This document shows, piece by piece, positions 26,336 to 39,613 of a stretch of 64,000 nt of DNA (positions are counted from its first letter, which is position 1; the number at the start of each line of letters is the position of its first letter). Under the pieces are notes generated by a model. The model was not told where the DNA came from. It was given only the letters and a program-made list of their open reading frames with translations, and did no database searches. The translations under genes were made by a program, and so were the position numbers. The DNA lies in the NCBI GenBank assembly GCA_951406725.2, contig OX597815.1, positions 12,338,001 to 12,402,000 of the forward strand. The letters are read 5' to 3'. The stretch comes from Octopus vulgaris (taxonomy: Eukaryota).

Positions 26336-27480
26336 CTTTCTACCATAGGCGCAAGGGATGAAATTTTCGAGAGGAGGCTAGTCGATTCCATCGACCGCAG
26401 TGCGCACCTGGCTCTTAGTTTATTGACGCTGAAAGCATGAAAGGCATAGTCGACTGCGGCAGAATTTGAACTTAGAAGGTAAAGACGGAAGAAATTCCAC
26501 TAAGCATCTTCTCCAGCGTTCTAATGACTCTTCCAGCTCACTGCCTTAAATAATGGTTCCAAACTTTGGCGCAAGGTCAGCAGTTTTGGGAGAAGTGTAA
26601 GTCAATTTTATCGAGCCTACTGCTCGAGGTGATAAGCATTTTGCACGACGTGCTAACGATACTGACACATCACCGCCTTCCCAATAATGATAATGTTTAC
26701 AAATTGTGGTATAAGGGAGAGGGGACAAGACCCCAGTCCTCAACTGATGCTTATTCTGTTGACCCACAACAGATTAAAGGTAAAGTCGACCTCGGCGGAA
26801 TTTGAACTCAGAACGTAAAGACTGACCAAATACCTATTTCTTTACTACCCACAAGGGGCTAAACACATAGAGAACAGACAACGACAGACAAACGAATTAA
26901 GTCGATTATATCGACACCAGTGCACAGCTGGTACATATTTAATCGACCCCGAAAGGATGAAAGGCAAAGTCGGCCTCGGCGGAATTTGAACTCAGAACGT
27001 AACGGCAGACGATATACCTATTTCTTTACTACCTACAAGGGGCCAAGCACAGAGAGGACAAACAAGGACAGGCAGACGCATTAAGTCGATTACATCGACA
27101 CCAGTGCGTAACTGGTACTTAATTTATCGACCGCGAAAGGATGAAAGGCAAAGTCGACCGCGGCGGAATTTGAACTCAGAACGTAACGGCAGACGAAATA
27201 CGGCTACGCATTTCGCCCTGCGTGCTAAAGGGTTCTTATAATTATTAGTAAGGCGGCGACCTTCCTAATAATTATAACAACCCTTTATACTGGAAGCACT
27301 GAAATTTGTGGGGAGGGGAGTATTCGATTATATCAACCCCAGTGTTCAACTCGAACTTATGCTATCGCCCCCGAAAGGATCAAAGGTGAACTTGACCTCA
27401 GTGGAGATCAACTTCAGAACAAAAAGACGTACGAAATCATTTTTACCCGGTGTCCTAATGATTCAGACAGCTCATCACCT
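26336..27480 (-). mobile_element. Tandem cluster of about six SINE family A copies or fragments after a (TAG)n tract
   Basis: Repeated GTCGA..CGGCGGAATTTGAACTCAGAACGTAA units; best-preserved copies at ~26834-27016 and ~27018-27228. Confidence 0.85.
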
Positions 27481-27574
27481 TAATAATAATAATAATGATT
27501 ATTAGAATAAGCACCGAGAAATACAAAGTGGTATGAGAATGTTCTTACTGGCCTTCCATAGTGTTGCCTCACAT

Positions 27575-27771
27575 TTTATCTTTTATTGTTTCAGTCATTA
27601 AACTTTGGCCATTCTGGGGCAGCGCCTGAAACATTTAGTCGAATGAATTGACGCCAGCACGTATTTTTAAAGCTTAGTACTTAATCTATCGTAGCGCAAA
27701 GTTCTGGGGACGTAAACAAAGCAACATCGGTTTGAGGCTATATTAGAAAACACTTACCCAAGGTGCCACGC
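27575..27771 (-). mobile_element. Decayed, deleted SINE family B copy
   Basis: TTTCAGTCATT..GGGGACGTAAACA..ACACTTACCCAAGGTGCCACGC. Confidence 0.65.
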
Positions 27772-27867
27772 GATGACCTCCCTTTCAAAATAGCACCAAA
27801 TGTCACGTTTGAACATCTGTTCATTAATATTATTCTCTTGCTCGCATTTTTCCATGTAATATATTTA

Positions 27868-29337
27868 CAGGGTGGGTGAAAATTAAGCAAGTAATAAAAA
27901 TTGGTAATAAAAATACTTATTCCTTTTACACATTTATTGAAACCAATGATACATGTTCTTTACTATATGGGAAAATGAAAGTAAATCTTCATATTTGTAC
28001 GTTTGAGAATCTGTTCATTAACAAACAGTGCTTAAAATTTTACTTATCTAACTTTGATATAAAACCTTAAAGAAACAAATATAGGCGCAGGAGTGGCTGT
28101 GTGGTAAGTAGCTTGCTAACCAACCACATGGTTCTGGGTTCAGTCCCACTGCGTGGCATCTTGGGCAAGTGTCTTCTGCTATAGCCCCGGGCCGACCAAT
28201 GCCTTGTGAGTGGATTTGGTAGACGGAAACTGAAAGAAGCCTGTCGTATATATGTATATATATATATATATATAAGGGTGTGTGTATATGTTTGTGTGTC
28301 TGTGTTTGTCCTCTTAGCATTGCTTGACAACCGATGCTGGTGTGTTTACGTCCCCGTCACTTAGCGGTTCGGCCAAAGAGACCGATATATAAGTACTGGA
28401 CTTACAAAGAATAAGTCCCGGGGTCGATTTGCTCGACTAAAGGCGGTGCTCCAGCATGGCCGCAGTCAAATGACTGAAACAAGAAAAGAAAAAGAAAAGA
28501 AATACTAATGGGAATTTTTTGGCTTTATTTTATATTCTTTCTCATTTATTTTCCAGATGGTCGGTCGCTTGAGTGTTCAGAAGAGAACTAAAATAGCAGC
28601 ACGCTTTGAAGTGTTGAATTCTGTCGTTTTTGATTTAGAAATGGTGGCGTGCATGGAAAGGTAAGCATGCAACACTACGCCCGGAGACAATAAAAAAGAA
28701 AAATGCATGCGAAGCTGATGACCACAGGTTCTGTGAACCATGCAAAACGTGACCGCCCAAACTCATCCAGATCACCGAATAATGTGGCAACAGTGCAGGA
28801 AATGTTTAACTGCAGCCCGCTAAAATAAACACGTCAAGCATCTCATGAAAGTGAACTAACAAGGCACAACATGTACGGAATTGCATAAAGAATTAAATTT
28901 TCTTCCGTGGAAACCACTTTACGTGAAGGAGCTAAAACCTGAAGACTGTGATCGCAGAAGTCCAGAAGTCCAGAATTCTAGAATTCCAGAATTCCAGAAC
29001 TCCGAGAAGTCAAGATCTCACTCCATGTGATTTTCAACTCTGGGCTTATACAAAAGAGGTGTACAAGATAAAGCCTCGCACACTGGATGACTTGAAGACA
29101 CGGATTCAGGAGGTTTTTAATGGTATCCCAGACTACGTCCTTCAGAAGGTTGTTCATTCCATCTCTGAGCTTTTGACGAAAGTGGTTTGTGCCACCGTTG
29201 CTTACGTTGAAATATGAAGATTTACTTCCATTTTCCCATATAGTAAAGAACATGTGTCTTTGGTTTCAATAAATTCGTAAAAGGAATATGGATTTTATTA
29301 CCAATTTGTATTACTTGCTTAATTGTCACCCACCCTG
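27868..29337 (+). mobile_element. Tc1/mariner-superfamily (rosa/maT-like) DNA transposon, internally deleted, ~125-bp TIRs
   Basis: TA|CAGGGTGGGTGA..TCACCCACCCTG|TA ends. Transposase relics MVGRLSVQKRTKIAARF, KLMTTGSVNHAKRDRP and PRSQDLTPCDFQLWAYTKEVYKIKPRTLDDLKTRI. Confidence 0.88.
28083..28500 (+). mobile_element. SINE family B nested in the Tc1/mariner element
   Basis: Full head to (GAAAA)n tail. Confidence 0.9.
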
Positions 29338-29608
29338 TAAATATATTACATGGAAAAATGCGAGCAAGAGAATAATATTATTTAGATTATAAACTTGGAA
29401 AAGTACAGGACAAGTTATTACACTTGGAGAGGTTCAGAAGTTATTACCGTTCTGAACATTTACTGTCAGGTAAAGTACAGAGAAAGAAATTTTTTACTTA
29501 AAATATTACAGCTAAGGATAAAATTTCAAATAATATAAAAAGATTTAGAAAATATTAACTTTTATAAAAACTAAAAAAATTATGACAAGTACTTACGCTT
29601 ATTTGTTA

Positions 29609-30007
29609 CTAGCAGTATCGCCCGGCGTTGCTCGGGTTTGTAAGGGAAATAAATATATAAGCCTTTTTAGAGAGTTATAGCCAAAAAATAGCAAAAAAAT
29701 GCATTAAAAATGGAAAAAAAATGATGGTAATTTTTTTTTTTAATCGTTGACTCATCGTAGACATTTTTAGAGAGTTACTTCCCTTATATAATAGCGAAAA
29801 AATGCCTTAAAATGGAAAAAAATGATGTTATTTTTTTTTATTGTAGACTCATCGTAGACGCGCGCTAATACCCAGAAGGCCTCGATATGAATCACGACTA
29901 TAATATACCCTGATTTGGTTAAACTGCACCGCAAAATGTGGGAGTAGTTAGGAATCTAAATCGTAGGAGACAGACACACAACTTCACTTTTATATATAAA
30001 GAAGAGA
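29609..30007 (-). mobile_element. Non-autonomous Helitron
   Basis: Minus strand: 5' TC..TATATATAAAA; 3' hairpin CCCGAGCAACGCCGGG followed by CTAG; A|T insertion site. Shares its 3' end with the 47.6k copy. Confidence 0.8.
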
Positions 30008-30669
30008 TTACTTGTTACGTATATTAAAAATGACTCAATTAGAATAATTTTTGCACTTTAAAAATTCATTTTTTAAGTTATTAATAAATAATTAGAAATT
30101 TGAAAATAGGTTATAAAAATAATAGTAGTACATAATTAGTACAATAAATAGAATAATACGAACATTAGTTATATATTACAGTAAAATCTACCTATAATAA
30201 ATTCAAAGTAAACATTGCTTAAATCATTTGCAAGTCATCCCATTTTTAGTCTAGAACAATGCCTATTTTTTACATAATGAATTTGCCTACGATATATACT
30301 GTTCTACTTCATATAAATCTTTAGCTATACTGGTACTTCTACCTCTCATTTTCTAAGTATTTTAGTGCCACTATTTTAACAAAATGATGGCACATTTTTG
30401 AATTATATTGTAACTTTGTAAATTAAAATGAAAGAATTCTTAATATTTAAATTTTAATTATACTTGAATCCAAATTTTTGCATTAGTCATATATATTTTC
30501 ATGTAATTTTACATCACAACATTTTTATCCCATGGGATCTGAATTATGAAAGTCTTCATGCTTTCTTCCATCATTGAAGTTTAGATAAATATATTTTTTT
30601 CTTTTAAAATAAAAATGTAATTTAGATATACTATTGTAGTTGAATAATACACATACATATATTCATTTA

Positions 30670-30744
<75 letters not shown>

Positions 30745-30976
30745 AGAAAAATGAGGCAGTCAGAATTTTGGATAATTCTGTTTTAGCTTTTTCGTCCGTT
30801 TAGCGAAGGCGACAAAGCAAAATCAAAATGATGAAAAGAGAACGCTTGTTATTCATTCATATGAATCGGATGTCTTTTGCTTCGTTTAGAAGAGGAGAAA
30901 AATATTTCCGTTTCTTAAGATGAAGGGAGAAAGAGAGAAAGAGAAGCAAAAACGTGGTGGAGAAAATCAAAAGATT

Positions 30977-31056
<80 letters not shown>

Positions 31057-31057
<1 letters not shown>

Positions 31058-31502
31058 GAAGCCACCTTGAGCATAATCCTATGAACCTAGAAATTGAAAA
31101 CAGAGCGTTACCCACTTGCAAACAAATGTGGTAACATATAACAATATTGACCGGGGTTACCGTGGTCTTTTTCGTAGGCTTTTCTTCCCACAGATAAACC
31201 TTATATGCTTCCCCCTTTTCACCGTACATCATGACACGGTGATACACGATCCCTATTGATCGTTTCTTTTTTCCTCTCCCTCTTTTACCTCTTTTCTCTC
31301 CTTTTTTTCTTTTCTTTTGTTTCTTTTCCTTTTCTCTTTTCTTTTGTTTCTTTTCTTTTTTTTTCTTTTTTCCCTTTTACGATCCGTTTTGATCGAAAAC
31401 CTACGCCACTTTTTTCTTTCTTTTTTCATCCCCCAAAAGAAAAGCTCTACCTTGTAATTTGTCCCATCTGTGTGCAGCCCTGTGTGGCCAATAAAGAAAC
31501 TC
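31057..31502 (+). mobile_element. Probable LINE 3' tail inserted in a (TATC)n tract
   Basis: Pyrimidine-rich segment ending CCCTGTGTGGCCAATAAAGAAA, with (ATCT)n on both sides. Confidence 0.55.
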
Positions 31503-31569
<67 letters not shown>

Positions 31570-33547
31570 GATCGATCTATCTGTCTGTCTGTATTGTCTA
31601 GGAAAGGATATGAAAAAGAAAGCTAACTAGCCTTTCCTTATCATTTATTAGTTTCCCCCTATCTTTATTGTCGCGAAACCTATCCGTCTATTTTTCCCAC
31701 ACGTCTTTGCATCTCTTTCTCTATTCCTCGATTTTTCAAAGAAAAAGCAATATTTGTACACCACTTCAAACCCTACGCATACACACACATACATCCAGTG
31801 CTATGTACTCTCTCTATATATTCAACAGTTAAAATATATTTCCTAAGTAATTTTGTGTAGTAGTATTCATTCTACGTCCGCTGCTCCATACTACCTTACA
31901 GATCAATTCGTAAGCTACGCTAACATCCGACGGTAATAGGAAAATCACCTACAAAATGGCTACAAAATCTACGAAGTAAAACTCGTGCATTAACATTAAT
32001 AAAATAGTATTGTGATCTACCAATCGAAAATTAGCTTTTCATTTATTTATGTATTTAATTGTCAGCATCATCATCATCATCATCATCATTACCATCATCA
32101 ATGTCATCATCATTATTATTATATTGTTTGTGTGAAATAAAGGAAAATATAAATAAATGTCATTAATAATAATAGCGGAAAACACTAAAAGATAAAAAAA
32201 AAAAACACTCGCAAACAGATCTAAAAGACTCCCCACAAAACACACATCAGCAAAAAAAAAATAGTTTCTATGTCCTTTCAGAAATCTCATATAGGAATAT
32301 AATACCATACAATGCACTGTAACGTGAATAATTTATATAAAACTTTTTCAGAGTTGCTTATTTCCGTCCATCTTCTTAATGAAAGCTAAAATTTGAATGT
32401 CGTTCCACGCCAAATCTCGACGTGGAAATAGAATTAATTGAAGCTGGCAACGATAAGGGTCTCTATAGGATAAAACTTGCCAATATATCTATTGTTAGGG
32501 ACGTTCCACTCTTTGTATTGGCCGTTTTTCCCGTTAGATCTCATCTCGTGAATTAATTGCTATCATCTTCCTCATGAAAGTAAGCTACCCTCGAAAAATA
32601 AAAGTGAATCGTACTACCCCGTCAGAATGTCTTGCCCCAGTGCAATGTGGCGAGTTGTAGTGAAGTTTGTGTGGTATTTTAAATATTTTAAATAATGCTA
32701 CACATCTATCCTAATGATGTTAATAATTTCTTTTTTTGAGAAAAATTTCCTAAAAGAATTGGAAACATGGTAGATAATTTACATAGAGATTCAAGAAATT
32801 TACGATAGAAACACACTGCAGCTACACAGTCAGCATTCCCAGGCGTTCTTGTGAATTTCTTGAAGGGGCCTTCGTTAAAGAGGCACATGCGTCCCTACAT
32901 TCAAATGCTTTACATACACAACCAGTTTATTCGTATTGACTTCCGAATTTTTCCAAGAATATAATTATTAGTCGTAGTAACTAACTCTACGAAATGGTAA
33001 CACTGATTTTCCAACGGCAGTGTTTCCAGCAAAGTATAAGAATGAGAGCGTCTCACAAAATTCCAGATGAAAAAGACTCAGTTTTTTTGTTCGCTCGATC
33101 CAAATTTATAGCCTTTTCATAAAACCGATCTGTTAAAACATGGTAACATGCCCGAACACGGACTAGGAGTTGCTGTATATGACGCATATAATTTCAAAAC
33201 TTCCACCGTGTAAAAAATCATTATAGATAGGAAAAAATTAGAGTGTATGGATAACAATATATTTTTCGTGCGTCATTAACTTCTGTCCCGCGAATACGCC
33301 GTTTCTCTCTTTGATGCTTCTACTACTATTACGGGGATCCGTTTCACTCGGAAATTAATAGCCTTGAGTGGACTCAACACAGACTCTACACACTCACATG
33401 TATCACTAAGTATAGTGAACTATAATATATTTAAACTATCAGGAACTGCACTGAATATTATAACAAGTCCATGTACCACCTATTGTTGGTTCTCTAGAAT
33501 TTCCTACCGATACATAATTTCTTCGGCAGTTATCAACTTTTAACTGT

Positions 33548-33718
33548 TTAAGAAGAGTGATGATTGATCAATTCTGAGCAATCTCGGAGAACCTGAACTG
33601 AACATAGGGATAGCCGCTTATTCCAGATCAAAGAAATAAGAACGAAAAGCAATGTTGGTAAAGTTTGGGATTTGTCATCTGAAGGCATTAACTCTCCCGA
33701 AAGAAATATTTCTGAAGT
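33548..33718 (-). CDS. Weak candidate terminal coding exon
   Basis: Acceptor CTTAACTCTGTCATCTTCCAG; phase-0 frame open for 56 codons (TSEIFLSGELMPSDDKSQ..HHSS*); no homology recognised. Confidence 0.2.
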   Translation of the reverse strand, partial: TSEIFLSGELMPSDDKSQTLPTLLFVLISLIWNKRLSLCSVQVLRDCSELINHHSS

Positions 33719-33838
33719 CTGGAAGATGACAGAGTTAAGAATGCATAATTATATACGTTGCTGGAGCAGAGATCTGAAAGTATGAATGCAGGTAATTCCA
33801 CGTTAACACATAAACATACACACAAGTTTTTATCTATC

Positions 33839-33921
<83 letters not shown>

Positions 33922-33941
33922 TCTATCTATCTATCAATCTA

Positions 33942-34010
<69 letters not shown>

Positions 34011-34011
34011 T

Positions 34012-34058
<47 letters not shown>

Positions 34059-34169
34059 TATAGAGAGAGAGAGAGAGAGAGAGAGTGAGACTGTGTGTAT
34101 GTGTGTGTGATATGAAATAATTTGTTGTATATAGTGCTCAGGTGCGCTACAAATGAGAAAAAATGCCAC

Positions 34170-36850
34170 CAGGTGTAATGTTGGAGGATTTCAGGAAGCA
34201 TTGAAGGATGTAGTGTTCCGACATATAACGACTGGTACGTGTAGTTTATTACACGCTTCAAAAATTCTGAGTGTGAATAATTGTTTCCGAAAATCATGGG
34301 TTCTGTGTTGTTTTGGGATTTTGTAAGCATGTCCACGAGTGTTTGACATATGGAATTCAAAACAGTGCGCAAGGTTGTTGGAAAGTTTGTTGATAATCTT
34401 GTGGTGTCTACCAAGTTAAATGCTAAGCACCTGAGCTTTAATGAGTCCATCCCCAAGGGAGCAAGACTTCAGAGTATGATAGATGCCTGACGGCGGGTAT
34501 TCATTTTGTTCCACGTTGCTGAACAGTTTCCGGGATATTAATATGCTGAGCAAGGTAGGGTTTCCAGAATGGGTATGAAAATTCTAATTGCGGACGTACT
34601 ATTGTCACATACAGTTTTAAACAGATAGCTGGAGAGCAGTTGATAAAGGTCTTAATAAGTGATGCCAGGACATCCTCAGCTTTCTTGACAATTTTAGAGA
34701 TGTGCTTTATCTAACGGAGATCACTATTTACAATAATACTCAGACGACGTTCACTAGCAAACTTCTGAGACTGGCATTGTTGAGGAAGTATCTAAAGGCA
34801 TGCTTTTTTCCTCCCAAAGTGCACGGGACGCACTTATCCACAACTAGCTGGAGTTGTCAGACAGACATCCAATGCTGCATTGTGTCATGGTCTGATTGTA
34901 GGAAAGATGTGTAGTGCATATGATCTGTTCAAAGTACAGCTTGATATCATCTACAAATTTCAACATTGTAACATTCCTCAGGATGGCATCTATGTTATTA
35001 TTATATGCAACAAACAGTAGAGGTCCAAGAACAGATCCTTGTGGTCCACCAGATGTCATCCCGTTGAGTGAAGAGTGATATTTTAGAACCGTAACTACCG
35101 CCTTCCAACCGAGAATGAAGGATTTCAACCAGTTATAGGGATCATCTTTCTTATCCATTGAAGAGAGTTTTGCCATGAGTTATTTGTGTGGCACAGAATT
35201 GAAGCCTTAAGTTAAGTAAAGTTAGATAACATCCACCAATGAGCCGTCATCAGTATCTCAGGTTTTAAAGAAATTCGATGAGTTGGCTACAACAGCTGGA
35301 GTTAGGGAAAAATCCAAATAAGGCTGTGAAAAGCTGTGTGAGCTCCAAAAGTTCCAGAATGTTTTTCTGTTACAGAACTCCATTAGTTTGGCGAAGCAGA
35401 TAGTAAGGTTGACTAGATGGTAGATGACAGGTGATGTGTGATCAACATTTTGGAACAGGGATACGGCACTGGCAATTTTCTAGTGTTTTGGAGTTACACA
35501 GTTATTAAGGCACAACTGAAAGGAGAATGAAATTTGGTGCAAACAAAAGAACCCACTACATTTGAGAAGCAAATAAATAACACCATCAAGTCCAGGAGAG
35601 ACATAGTTGCGCTTATTCTGGAGCTGACATCGGGGGAATGCGGGCATGAATTTCACAGATGTTATGGAATTTATTGACAGAGCTGCCGAAGAAGGTACAT
35701 TATAATATTCACTAATAAACTCAATACATTCCATGGGATCTTCAGTGACCCGATCTGTGTGGGGAACTTAAAGATGGCCAAACGGAGAGTGAGGTCTCTG
35801 TTTCAAACGTACATACTTCCAGAACTGGTTATTATGCGTTTGCAAACTTAAAGACCGCTTTTTTTCCCACTTGCTTCGTGGTTCGATGATCTATTGCGTC
35901 GTCTATTCTCATCTGCTCTATGCTGTCTATATTTCTGTTCAGAAACACGACGATCATTCCTGGTAAATCAAACTGCTGCAGTCTCCCAAATTGTACTTTC
36001 TCGAATTTTAGAGCATTTTCGAGGTACTGATACATCACAGCGCAGATTGCACTGAGAATGTTTTGAAATTCATTATTGACGCCCTCAGAATCGTTAAATT
36101 GAAGCCAGTTTGCGGGTTGCCACTCATCCCAGTAACAGTTCATGCCTGCTTTTTTCCAGTCAAAGCGATTGTTTATTAGGTCGCGGTGCTTGTTGTTTAT
36201 GCCTATAAGTGACATATTGGCAATGATCATAGCCTGAACGGAGTCGCCTAGATGTTCTTTGGTTGTAACACTAATCATAGCTTCAGGAGTGGTGGTCAAA
36301 AGCAGGTCCAGAGTATTGTTACGTCTAATGGGGGAGGTGGCTACTTGGGACTAGTTTCATTCCAGGTACTACACTAAGCAAATCGTCTGGACTTTGCGGC
36401 AATCGAGAAGCTTCCAAATCAATTTCAGGGTAATTGCTCTTATCTGCAATGAAAAAATAAGTGGCCGTTTTGCTAGATGCGGCCGTGAGTATTTCAAAAT
36501 TCTGAGTGTCGTGATGGTAATTTAGTGGGCGATAGACAACTCCAGGTATCAGTGTTTACACGTTTATGAGTAGTTAGCAAAAGAGTACGTTCAGTTGCGT
36601 TTCTTCAGATCACCTCAAGGAATGTATGAAATGTTTCACCAAACGTAGATCATCACGTCACCTCTGCGACTATAAGAACGGTCTTTGCAAACAAGTTGTA
36701 ACCAACTATGCTAAAAACACCAACACGGATTCTATGACTGCGATGAAATCGGGGTCAATATGTTTGATGTAGGAGTCAAAAACGTGTACTTTGTTACACA
36801 AATTTCGTGCATTCAGGAATAGGAGTTCTAAATGGGAGTTAATTCCATCA
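34170..36850 (-). mobile_element. CR1/L2-group LINE ORF2 pseudogene (APE endonuclease plus RT)
   Basis: FLNARNLCNK..PDFIAVIES, LDLLLT..EHLGDS, SPGLDGV, SGGPQGSVLGPLLFVAY..KFVDDIKLY; many stops and frameshifts. Confidence 0.9.
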
Positions 36851-36999
36851 TGATTGAGTACAGGATACGAAATATGTGTCTTGTTGCTCAATAGCAACAC
36901 TGAGAATAATTTTTGTACGGGCTGCATGAGGGGAGTTATATTCTCTGTGTGTGTCTCTTCCTCTGTGTGTGTCTGTCCCTCTGTGTATGTGTGTGTGTA

Positions 37000-37192
37000 T
37001 AGATCGGTAACCACTACACACATTTTTCCTCTCCTTTTTTCTCTCCTTGTTTTTTTTCTGTGTCCCTTTCTGTAGAAAAGCGTAGGCTCGAAACATAAAA
37101 GACATTTCTTTTCCTGAGCGTTACACTAATACATCTGTTTGTTTTGTACACCACCTGTCTTCGTATTTTGCTTTTTTCGTGAACTTTTCCCC
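37000..37192 (+). mobile_element. Short Penelope-like element with a degenerate minimal hammerhead-like motif
   Basis: CTTT-CTGTAGA-A-AAGC-GTAG-GCTC-GAAAC-ATA-AAAG (37066-37101) plus TTTCCTGAGCG; homologous to 55970-56160. Confidence 0.6.
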
Positions 37193-39328
37193 TATATATA
37201 TATAGTTTGTACCTTAAGAGGAACTGATATCAAATCCTTGTTAAAACATGGTAGAGTAAATATTTAACAAATGGCTTTTCATATCCCGCTAGTAGCATTA
37301 CTTAAATTGTTATTCCTTTTAAATAATCTTCAGGTAACACTGCTTGTGATGGTAACACTAGATTTTCTTATACTAGATGTTACTTGTAAATCCTGTATTA
37401 ACTAAAATACACTAAATTTTGGAGCATCTTTCCATAAACATAATTTGAAATCCTAATGTCTGTCTGGTCTGAACAAGCTATTTGAAGTCCAACAATGAAG
37501 TTCCCTCTACTTACATTTGGTATATTCCCAGCATTTCTGAAAATTTGTTTCTCTATTGTCAAGTTCATGATTTATGGTCAATGGGAAATAACATTTCAAT
37601 AAAGAAACTGTATATACCACTTTCTAATTAGACCTGTTGATGTATGATGAATCTTAAATTATTCCTAAACAAGAAATAAGATTTAAGCGAATGACTGCAT
37701 ATGGTTTGATTTAATGCATTCCACTTAAGTGAAAGTTGGTACAACGTAAGACATACACAGATATGTCGAACAATATATATAAAGATCTGTTTTGTTTGAG
37801 TTTTGAAAGAATAGAATAATGCGGACTATTATACAAAATAAATTAACAATTTCAAAGCATGTGGCCATATCTTGAGATGTGGGCCAATGTGGAACAGCTT
37901 TGTAAGTTAACGTTGGTGTCCACATTTTAGTCACAGTATAGATAGCATGGTTAAATCATGGAGGGTAGGTTTAAAAGATTAAGTCATACAACTGCATAAT
38001 ATTCGCTGTATCACTTCTGATTTGTTTCTAATGCTATGCTAAGACACTTTCACATAAATCATCAAGAGTAGGTTAACAAGATAGAGTATTTCTGGTGTTC
38101 AGATATCTGCTCTTTTAATCCGACAAATGCAATTATCATGTATATTTTGATATATTGCCTAAAGATGTTGTGCTAAAATTTACGTTTGCGGCTGAAACCT
38201 GGTCAATCGTTTCTATATTTGGATGTTGTTCAAGTCAATGGCAATGGGCTGTGCACATTGAAGGCGGACACTGAAGAAAGTAGACTAAACAAGCTGTACA
38301 TTGTGTTGTGGTCCACACACTACCACACTTCTAGAACTTCCCCAAATAGTAGCTGTGCATTGTGGTTTATCTTATCGACACCAGGTGTATGAAGAGCGAA
38401 ATTTATCCATACTCTGTTTGATCTTACAGCATTACAATTTAGAAAAACAACTGTATTTGTTCCGTATAAAATATTTATATTCTGAGTGCAAGCGTGAAGT
38501 TTGATTTTAAAGATTCCACAAATATTACTTGACACCAACAAATACTTTAGCAACTCGCTGGCAGCTCTGATGTTTCTGGATTGCTCCTGCTGATAGTTAT
38601 TTTGTGGAAGCACTTTCTAGCATCGTATCTGTTGGTATCTATCCTTGTGAAAGAAAATAAGCAATCAGTATGAGTCTGGAGACTCATTTGTTCGGATGTG
38701 TCTGAAATTGTAACACTAATCACACAATGTGCGAGGGTATAAGGCTTTGTGGAATATTAAACTTTTTACAAACTAATTCAATGGTAGGCAGCACCCTTGC
38801 TCAAACAATTGGAAACTTATTGCTTAAACCGATGGAAACTGTTTACAATATCGAAGATAAGGCCAACGATACATTCGTCACGTAATTTAAATATTTGCGG
38901 TAATTAATTTTTTCCCAAAATCATTAATGTCGTGTTTAAATGAAATAAGGCATCTTCAAACTTTGAAATAAAAGCCCAAATCGCTCATAAACAAGATCTT
39001 AACGAAAGACAAAAACATATAAAGAGGTTTGATGGGTGTTGGATTAGACAAGTGAAAAATACGGAATACATGAATATTGCGTCTATTTCACGCGTCACTT
39101 CCAAAACCGACATTAGTTTTTACCTAATCGTCTCTCGCTGGTTAATGATGAATTTCACACTGCAACAATATAAATGATATTAATATACGGCATTCTATTA
39201 GTACGGCTACAAAGAAGTAAATCAGATGGTTTCAGTAATACATCGTTAAATACATTAGAAACTTATTTCGTTTTTGGATTTGGTTTGCAAGATTCTTTAT
39301 ATAATTTCGTGTGTTGAAGCATATTCTG

Positions 39329-39613
39329 TTGTGTGTGGGGAGAATCATTTTCTTTTTGTGCCTTATTATGTAACACACGTACCGGTAAGATTTCCACATT
39401 TTTCTTATTTTTATTTTTTTTTATTTTCTTTGCGTCTTGCAACCTTTTCAATAGTCAAAACTATTGAAAAGGCTGCAAGACGCAAAGAAACTTTTAGGAA
39501 AATGAAAATAAGAAAAAGATTGGAAATTTTACCGGTGCTTGTGTTACATTACACACGCACCGGTAAAATTACATTACAAGGCACAAAAGAAAAATGTATC
39601 CCCCCAGACACAA
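39329..39613. repeat. ~285-bp imperfect palindrome (MITE-like), 4-nt loop
   Basis: Centre TTTCTTTGCGTCTTGCAACCTTTTCAATAGT-CAAA-ACTATTGAAAAGGCTGCAAGACGCAAAGAAA; outer arms also pair. Confidence 0.85.

Noticed and set aside
26336-27480. CRISPR-like repeat/spacer look
   Set aside because: The units are long homologous SINE copies with no unique spacers or cas genes; the context is eukaryotic.
32706-32888. FYRKFLESLCKL resembling the gypsy RT/RNase H linker
   Set aside because: Single weak motif with no supporting neighbours.
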